24,720 bases of DNA from Emiliania huxleyi CCMP1516 (lineage: Eukaryota): assembly GCF_000372725.1 (NCBI RefSeq), contig NW_005201154.1, positions 242,843 to 267,562 of the forward strand. The letters are read 5' to 3'. Below, piece after piece: positions 10,949 to 19,179 of this stretch (position 1 is the stretch's first letter; each line of letters opens with the position of its first letter). The position numbers and the translations under genes are program-made. The notes under the pieces are model-generated. The model did not search any database and was not told the DNA's origin. It saw only the letters and a list, made by a program, of their open reading frames with translations.

Positions 10949-13632
10949 TCAGTCCGAGAAGCACCAGAAGTTGCGCTTGTTGTCGCCCTTGGCGAGGAAG
11001 ATTGCGAGGGTGTACCCCAAGAACAGCGCCGGGAAGACGAAGAAGGCCGAGATGCGGTCGGTCTCGTACGCGAGGAAGCGCGCCTTCCTGTCAAAGGTGT
11101 ACGAGAACCAAATGTTGAGCCGCTTGCGCGCGCCGCAGATCGGCTTGCAGCTGCACCAATACCCGCCCCGCCGCCGCTGGCGCTTGACGGAGCGACGGAG
11201 CTTGCGCGACTGCTCTGCCACCTGCTCCTCCGGCGCGTGAAGCACGACCTTCAGCTTCTCCACCGACGACGACGCGCCAGTGCTTGCCCGAGTGCTTGCC
11301 CGACGCTGAGCAGGCGCCGCCACGCTCATCCGCCACAGCTTGCCGAGTGTCTTGCGTAGCATCGCGCGCGCGGCGCGCTGGATCGTGCGCGCCGCGGCTT
11401 GCGCCTTCTCTGAGTTGGAATGCTTCTTGCATTCTCTCGCGATCTCCTCGCGCTTCATCACGCGCCTGTACGCTTCGGCGACAAGGATGGACTCAGCGGC
11501 GATGAGGCAGAGCAACACGGTGTTGCAGATAGTGAAGATGCTCAGGTCGGTCAGGTAGCCCTATGTGAGAACGGTACGGCACATTAGGAGGCACGTGGGC
11601 CGACTTGTCAGCAACACTGCTGTGGGACGCCGTCTCAGGAAGGTTCTCGACGAGCAGCCACGATCTGAAACACGTTGATGGCCAGCACTAGGGTCAGCGC
11701 GATGCTGAGGCGCGTCTCGGTGCACTCTGGCGAAATTAAGAACGTGATCCATGCCAAAAGTACTAGGATCGACTCGAGCATCAAGTAGTTGCCCACGTAA
11801 TAGCTGCACTCGCGCTGCACCTCGAGGGTGACCGTCGTCTCGTACACGCGCGTCAGGTTCGCAGGCCCGCCGCCCAGCTGCTTCGCTTGCGTCACCTGCC
11901 ACTTGAGCGCGGGGTCGACGAAGCCGTCGGCCAGCTCCTTGGCTGCGATACTCTCGTCAGAGGCGGCGGCTTGGTACTGCACGGCGAGGTCCGGCTGCGA
12001 GAGAACCATGCGGTCGCTGGAGGTTGCGCTGGCGACCCGCCAGACTTCAGGGGGGGTTCACAGGGGGGAGGTCACAGATCAGCAGCCCCGGCATGTGCGT
12101 GTGAGGCCGGAAGGGAAAAGCGCGCACCGGGGTGGAGTTTGCCCTTGGTCATGTCGTTCGCGGTCGAGTAGAAGCGCACCGCGTCCGCCGTTGCGCTGGA
12201 CGTCGCGCGAATCGTGATGTTGAGCAATTGCTTGTCGTATGGGTAGCGGCGGTAGTCCATGATGGTGAGGAAACGCGCGCGTATGCGCATCGCCGTCTGT
12301 CCGTACGACCGCTGCAGCCCCTCCGTCTGCTCCGAAGTGCCAGCGGCTGTGCTGTCCTGGCCGACGTGAAACGTAGTACCTATTCGCAGCGAGTCGTGTG
12401 TGGAGAGACGCGCAAACTACGCTCGACCCTCCGGCGGGGCGCGGTTGGTTCCGAAGTCCTCGACGACTTGCGGCTCCTCGTCGCCGAGCAAGGCCGTTGG
12501 GAGGGTCCACGCCTCGTTCATCGCCGGCCGCCAGAACAGGGTGCAGGGGTCCTGAAAATCGGGCTCGGCGTCGGTCTCGGTCGCTGTACAGCTCTCCGAG
12601 ATGCGACTGTCTTGCCAGCTGAAGGAGATGTAGAACTCAACCTCAAAGTACGTCGGTGCCACGACGTCGAGCAGCCGCTCGACCGAGATCAGGGTCGCCA
12701 CTCTCGCCGGGGCACCCTCCGGACACGGGTTGCTCTCCGGCGTTATCTGAGAGCAGGGTGGGCCGCGGAACGATACGTCGATCCAATCCGTGATCCACTT
12801 GTGGTGCGCCACGGCGATTCCGTAGAGCGTGATCCCGAGCTCCACGTACTCCACGGGCGCCATCGGTCCCCAAGATGCACCTAAATTAATGCTTACTGGT
12901 CACTGCAAGGAAGTGAGGGAAATGCTAAGGCCGACATCGCTCGCGTCGCGGCCGTCTCGCTGCTCTTTCACTCGCTCGCGGAGCAGCGGGCTCACGCGAC
13001 GCACCGGTGATGCGGTTGGCATAAAAGTTGAGGTGCACGTACTTCGGAAACGTGAGCCGCATGTAGGGGGCGACGAAGAAGTTCAGCGTGGCCACGTCCT
13101 TCGCGGACCACTCCCAAGCCGGTCGAGTGCGGCTGCAGTAGTGGCGCCAAGCCTGGTTCTCGCTGAACCATTCGGAGCCATAAACATCCGCCGAGACCTT
13201 CATCCCGGCGGCGACCGACTGGCAGGTGCTTATTGGCCGTTCGTACATGAGGTCCTTTGCGACCTCGAAACAAGCCGGCTCGTTGAGCGGCACAGCGCCG
13301 TCGGGAAGCTGACCGGGCCAAAGGTGAGGCGATGTCTCCGTGCCGCAATAGTAGCTGGCGACCAACGAGGAGATGGACCACCATTCGCCTGCTTCGGCAA
13401 CAGAGACCCACTCTGGGTTCGCGGCAAGTGCGGGTGAAAAGATCGCGTCACGGCAAGCTGAGCTTGAGATATATACGTCGTCGAGGTACTCCCATGGCTC
13501 GGTGACACAGGCACAGGGTAGCCCCGTCGCATTGACGAGCGGGTCGGTTTGCCACAAAGGGAATTCGCTGCAGTTGGTCACCGTTGGCGTGAGCAAGGTA
13601 GAGAAAACGGCGGCGGCCGTCAACATGAGCAT
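10949..13632 (-). CDS. Pentameric ligand-gated ion channel, Cys-less (Pro-loop) type; apparent frameshift near 11658
   Basis: Signal peptide; ECD motifs FEVEFYISFSWQDSRI, FWRP and MDYRRYPYDKQ; M1 (YYVGNYLMLESILVLLAWITFLI), M2 (RLSIALTLVLAINVFQ), LPETGYLT, M3 and M4 (DRISAFFVFPALF). Exons 13632-13005, 12880-12428, 12379-12128, 12044-11631, 11560-10949. Confidence 0.88.
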
Positions 13633-13857
13633 GTTTGCGTCGACTGGCGGCCGGCCCAAGGTTGAGACGCTCTTGCTCGGCGAGCGACCAACGCAAAAGC
13701 GGCGCGGCCTCAAAAAAGAATTGTTACGCCCCCGGGGCGAAGGCTCTCTTGCCCGCAACCCGATGCCAATCATCCGGCCCGCTGGGTGCGCTTCTTAGCT
13801 CCCCGGCCCTGGATGTGCGGTTGATGACTGCACTCCAAGTGCTCCAAGTTACGCGAA

Positions 13858-13923
13858 GCCTCTCTCACAGCACACTGGCACGACAAGGGCGCGGACTGGC
13901 GCGGACTGGCACACACACCGGCT
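13858..13923. repeat. Dispersed 66-bp intergenic element, copy identical to 7462-7527
   Basis: Exact match, same orientation. Confidence 0.95.
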
Positions 13924-14026
13924 CACCACCGGAGCCGCCTAAGCGACTCCGTTATTAAAAAAGAATTACGAAACTCGAGCTGAGCTGCGAGTGCTAGTCC
14001 GAAGTCGTTGCGATCTGGCTGGGTCC

Positions 14027-15376
14027 TCAGCCGACGCGCGTCGCGACGAGCAGGTCGCCGCGCACGTCTCGCTGCACGCGTAACTCGTCGTCGAGGTAGA
14101 GCAGCTCGCCCCAGCCGCGGCCCACCGGCGGCAGCGGCAGCTCGAGGGAGCGCCACCGCACCGCGCACGAGTCAAAGGAGAAGGAGAACCGCTCGCCGCG
14201 TTCGGCGTCGGGGGAGATGGTCGAGCCGACGCGCAGGAAACCGCCCTCCTCGAACTCGATGACGTTCGTGAGCGTGCCTCCGGGCAAAAGGAGGGGGCTG
14301 CGAATCAGTCCAAGAGAGGGCTGCGCGGGCGACTGGGCGTCGTCAGCGCGCCTCTGGGCACGTCGATCGTCTGGTACGTGCGCCGCCAGGGCAGGCCGAG
14401 GAGGCCCTTGTCGACGGCAAAGTTGAGCTCGCTCTCCGTCGTCCAGACGCACCTAGCACTTGGCAGTTGGTACTCAATCACTAACCATTGGTTGGGTTCC
14501 CCCCGGCACTCCGTCGTCCACAGACGCACCCCCACAGAGGCGAGCAGACTGCACTCTCCTACTACGGACGCACTCCCTCCCACGACCCCGAGAAGAGGCG
14601 AGTCCACCACACTACGCATGCGAACGCACTCCCACGTCCCCGAGAACAAGGGCGAGCGAGCAGGCTCCGGCGTCGGGTTGAGCGCAGACAGCTCCGCGAG
14701 CGCCGCGTCGAAGCGCTGCTGCTGCGCCGCGTCGAACGGGAGCACGCCCCCTCGCGAGCTCGCCGCCAGCGAGCGGATCTCCGCCTTGAGCGATCCGCGG
14801 GCGGCCGCGCCCCGGCCGCTGGGCAGCGTGAGCCCGCCGAGGAGCCGCTGCGTGTACGGCGTTAGCAGGAGGGTGCTGCCTATGGACGCAGCTCTCCTTC
14901 TCGATGCGCCGCTCACCAAGAGCGTGACGCTGGCAAGGAGGGTGGCTGCCGAGCCGCACGGGGAAGAGCGTCTTCAGCAGCACGACGTATGAGAGCAGCA
15001 GCCCCAGCAGGCGCGCCTTGCCCTCGACATCATCGCCGCGCAGCAGCAGCAGCGGTTGCAGCCACTCGCCGGTGCTCGCGTGCCACGCCACGTACCCGAC
15101 GGGCAGCGCGACGGCGAAGAAGGTGAGCTCGACGGCGGTGTACGAGATGGCGCCCGCAACGCCCGCATCCTTGACGAGCTGGAGCACGCTCGAAGGCTCG
15201 TCGCGCGCCTGCGCCACGAAGCTCTGAAAGTCGCGCCGCCGCGCCAGCTCCATCAGCGAGGCGTCCGCCTCTCCCATGCTCACAGCCGGCGTGGCACGGA
15301 GACTGAGAGCTGGAGCGCGGACGCCAATGCCTCCGCGAATGGCGGTGGCGGCGACGGCGAAAAAAAAGGCCGGCAT
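14027..15376 (-). CDS. Plastid lipid-associated protein/fibrillin (FBN9-like) with an N-terminal membrane (DUF1279-like) domain
   Basis: Exons 15376-14950, 14879-14630, 14452-14352, 14277-14027. Fibrillin motifs LNPTPEPARSPLFSGTWECVWTTESE, YQTIDV, LTNVIEF and LPPVGRGWGELLYLDDELRVQRDVRGDLLV. N-terminal signal/transit-like peptide. Confidence 0.85.
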
Positions 15377-15686
15377 ATTGTGGCGCGAGAGCTCTGTCAC
15401 AACCGACGCGCTCGCTCTGTTGGGGCCTCGCGTGGCTGGCGGTGGCCTCTGCTTCGCGAGAGACTTCCACGAAGACAGCGGTTCTCTCGAGGGTTCTCGA
15501 GGTGGATAGGAATCCTATGCTTTGGCCGCGTTGGGTAGCGAGGATTGGTGTAACCCGAGCCACGGAGGCGTGTTTTCTGGCGGCCGACCGTCAGTGCACG
15601 GAGTTGCCCCTTCTCCGACTGCCCCGGCTGGTCCCCGAGGTCGTCGGGAGTGACCCCTGCGTCCCCCTAGAAATCGTAGCCACAAT

Positions 15687-15741
15687 CAGCAGCAGCGGAG
15701 CAGCAGCAGCTGCTGCTGCTGCTGCTGCTTGAAGCAGCAGC
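15687..15741. repeat. Head-to-head (CAG)n/(CTG)n microsatellite
   Basis: cagcagcagcggagcagcagcag followed directly by ctgctgctgctgctgctgct; perfect palindrome at 15699-15720. Confidence 0.9.
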
Positions 15742-17053
15742 CTGCCGCAGATTGCTGCCGTTGTCAGCGCCGCGATCCGCCGCCGCGCCGCCGCCGCCCG
15801 CGCCGCCTGCGCTCGCCGCCGCCTCGCAGACGCCACCTCTCGCGCTCGAAGAGCCGCGCAGCGGGCCGCGAGGTGAGGTCAAAGTGTGCAGCAGAATGTC
15901 GAGGGCATGAAACACCAGATTTTGAACTTGCCCGAGACGGCCCGGGAATGGTCCCGAGCCGTAGCCCCGGTGTCGGCGCATCGCCTCTCGGCCGCGATGG
16001 GCCGGCTCCGCCGCTCAGTCGAGCAGCAGGAGCTCTGGGGCAGGTTTGTCGACTAAGTGGTCGAGCAAAAATCGGCGAGGAAGCGGCACCGGCGGCACGC
16101 CGGGACGAATCCGGACCGCTCACATTGTTCGGCACCGCGGCGGCGAGCCGCCGCGAGCCCACACACAGGAGAGCTGGGCGCCGCGGCACTAAAACGCGCC
16201 GCCAGCGGTGCAGCAGCCGACAAGCAGCCGACGATGGCAGTTGCAACGGCGCGAATCATCTAAGACAGCGGAAAGATAAGACATTCATCTGAGGCGCCGG
16301 GATTGGGAGGAGGACCCGCTCGGGTTCGACACCAACCCGATGCTGCTCCGCGCCATGTGCATGGCGTTCGAGTGAACGCCCTGCAGCCGGTGCCTTTTGG
16401 TGTACGAACTCCCGCAAGTGACTTTAGTCCCAACCACAATTACAGAACACTCAACCGGGCTCGTGGAGCAGAGCCACACGCCACGCAGCACCTAAGACGC
16501 CCTGAGCACACATGCAAGCGCCCATGATCATATCCGTGCACTCGCCTGACAGTAGTTTGCGGAAGACCGCCGCCAGGCATGTCGTCGCACCGGCGCTGCC
16601 GGTGGGCGAAGGCAGCCACCGCGGGTCCAGCAGCGCGATCTGGTGTGCATCCGCGCTCCCAGAGCATGCCGGTGGATGGCCTTGACCAGGCCTGAGCAGC
16701 TCGGGAGTGGAGGCAGCCTCTGTCTGGACGAGCAGCGCTGGATCGCCAAACCAGATGAAGAGCGCCGAGCGGCGGCGCCGACTCCGTGAGGCCACTCCAA
16801 CTCACACATCTCAAGCTGTATCTCGAGAACGCGATCGAGTTAGAAGCTCATCGACACGACACCTTCAACGGTTGACGGAGCCCGTCACTCCAGTGGCCGA
16901 GCGCGAGGAGCGACGGAGCGATTGTTGCGGTCCCCTTTTCATGGCGGTACTAAAGTCAGGACCGGGAGGGTCGTACCCCGTGTGTACCGCGTCGTGTGCG
17001 GCAGCCCCCGAGTTCAACATTTTGTAAATGAATCTGAGAAAACCTGCCTTGCC

Positions 17054-18119
17054 TCACAGCAAACTGGCACGACACGGGTGTGGACTGGCGCCTGCCTCCC
17101 CCGCCGAGGCTGCCCCAACTTCGCCACCCCCGAGCGCGGCGCGGCCGCAGAGCGCAGCGCGACAAAAGGTAGAGATCGCGGCGAGGTCCTCCTCCTCTCG
17201 CGGCATCGCGTGCGCACCTACGGCGTGAGGAGAAGGGAGTGGATCGCTGCGTCTCCGCCCGCGCTGTGGCGTATACTGGGAGCTCGACCGTTCGGCACGA
17301 CGTGCACGCGCGAAGTGGCGAAGAGCGCGGCGAGGCGCGCGGCCTACATGGCGCTCGACACGGCGCAGTCTCGGCAATGTCCCTGCAGGTCCGCCTCCGC
17401 GTGGTTCGCGAGGTAGGACCTGGCCTCCGGCGTCGACGGGGTCGGCCGAGCCGCACACGACGAGCGTGGGTGTGCGGAGGGAGGAGGGAGCGAGGTCGCG
17501 CCACCAGCGGAGCGGCGGGTTGGAAGGCAGCGGCGTGAGGAACCCGTTGAAGAAGATTGCGACCCTTGGCGGCGCCTTCACGTACCATGAGACATGGTGA
17601 TGAGGTGTGAGCGCGGCGGTTAGCTGCTGGGCGGGGAGTGGAGCACGCCTCGCCGCGCTCCTCCAGCCGTGCGCAGAGCAGTGCGGCCATCAGCGCGCCT
17701 CGACAAAACGGGTGCGATGTCAGGACAGTAGTTGGAGGGCGAGACAGCCAGCGCACGCCTTGACTGAAGCCGAGGACGCCGTCGAAGCCTCCACTGCGCC
17801 AATCATCTGCCAGTCGGTCTAGCGCTGAGTCGACGCTCACGTACTCCACGTGCTCGTGTGCGCGCCAGGCCGGCTGCTGAGTGCGGTCCGTGAGCGGATA
17901 CGGCGGCTCAAAGAGGAACCAAGCGCGCTGTTTTCCGTGCCGTGCACCCGCAACGGTGAAGTCGCCCGTCCGATGGCCACAGAGCTCTAAACTGGGAAGA
18001 TCAGCTGCGAGGCGCCGGACAAGGGCCTTGGCCTTGGTAGCGAGGAAGGTCTCTCCGTTAGAGGCGTAGCCGTGCAGGCAGAGCACACGAACGGGCGGAG
18101 GCTGCATGCTGGGCTGCAT
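17054..18119 (-). CDS. FSH1/OVCA2-family serine hydrolase
   Basis: RVLCLHGYASNGETF, RAWF, nucleophile FDGVLGFSQGA, PTLVVCGSADPV (Asp) and GAHAMP (His). Exons 18119-17759, 17698-17649, 17575-17420, 17343-17289, 17217-17054. Confidence 0.92.
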
Positions 18120-18209
18120 GTGTGTGCTCTCAGACAGAGTGTGTGTTCTTTTTGCTTGGGGCGGACCTGAGCTGAAATTCAGGAAAAACTCCGCCGGCCT
18201 CTCCCCTGC

Positions 18210-18240
18210 CCCTACCTACCTACCTACCTACTTACCTTAC
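18210..18240. repeat. (CCTA)n microsatellite
   Basis: cctacctacctacctacctacttaccttac; a shorter CCTACCTACCTA occurs at about 23720. Confidence 0.85.
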
Positions 18241-18359
18241 TTATGGGAAACTAAAAAAAGAAATCACTCGATGGGTGAAGGTGGGGTACTATACCAACTA
18301 GAGTGATGGTTGGTGGTACTCCTACTGTCTGAATTCGCGGAGCGAAGAAAATTTTATAC

Positions 18360-18472
18360 GGAATACGTCCATTTTGGGAGCTTGGAATACGGCGTATTCC
18401 ATGGAATACGTGGAATACGGGTGGAATACGGCAGAATACAGGCCTCTGGGAGGTCATTTGGAATACGTGGAA
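18360..18472. repeat. Cluster of GGAATACG motifs, direct and inverted
   Basis: GGAATACG occurs six times, plus a GAATAC variant and one inverted copy forming the palindrome cgtattccatggaatacg. Confidence 0.8.
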
Positions 18473-19179
18473 GACAGTAGGGTGGTACTCTCCTGCAACC
18501 ACAGTCCTTCTTGTGACATGGCAGGCCACTCTCAAGCCCTACAAGCATCAGATCACCCATTTGGGGACGTTTGACATCGTGATTTTACCGGAAATTTTCA
18601 TTTTCTGAAAATTCCATTAGGCACAGCTTCGGCGATGGCAGCCCCTCTCTGGGGTGTTGCATAGGCGGGGAGTCTCCCCCGCTGGTCTCCTCCTTCCCAT
18701 TTTTTTCTTTTCTTTTGAGAGCAGGACGCCGGGTTTGTCTTGTATGTGCATGTCGGGCCTGGGTGTGTGTGAGGGGCAGAGGGGCGGGAGCGTGCGGGGC
18801 AGAGGCCCAACGTCGGGCAGCTTGTCGGGGTCCGGAGCATTCGGGGCGGGAGCGAGGAGGGGCGGATGGGCGGTCGGCGTCGGGGTAGAAGCAACAGGGC
18901 GTACGGGGTAGCCGTCACTCTCCTGCCTCACAAGGGCGGGGCTGTCCCGGAAAGTGAGAGACGCCGGGCAGCGTGGCGCATTACTGAACCCTCCCATACG
19001 TGCTTGTGCTCCTCCTTCGCTGTCCCATCTCCTCATCTCTTTCCCGCCTGGGCGGGGCAGCGGGTGGGCGCGCGGTGCGGCGTGGCGTGTGAGTGTGTGC
19101 GACTGCAACGACGGACCGCTCGCAAGGGACCATTGGGTTTGTACTATTAACAACGAAGGCGCTCTCAAAAGACAGAACG

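Noticed and set aside
15400..17040. ORFs such as 15591-15836, 15729-16292 and 16451-16795
   Set aside because: Low-complexity or unrecognisable translations with no support as genes.
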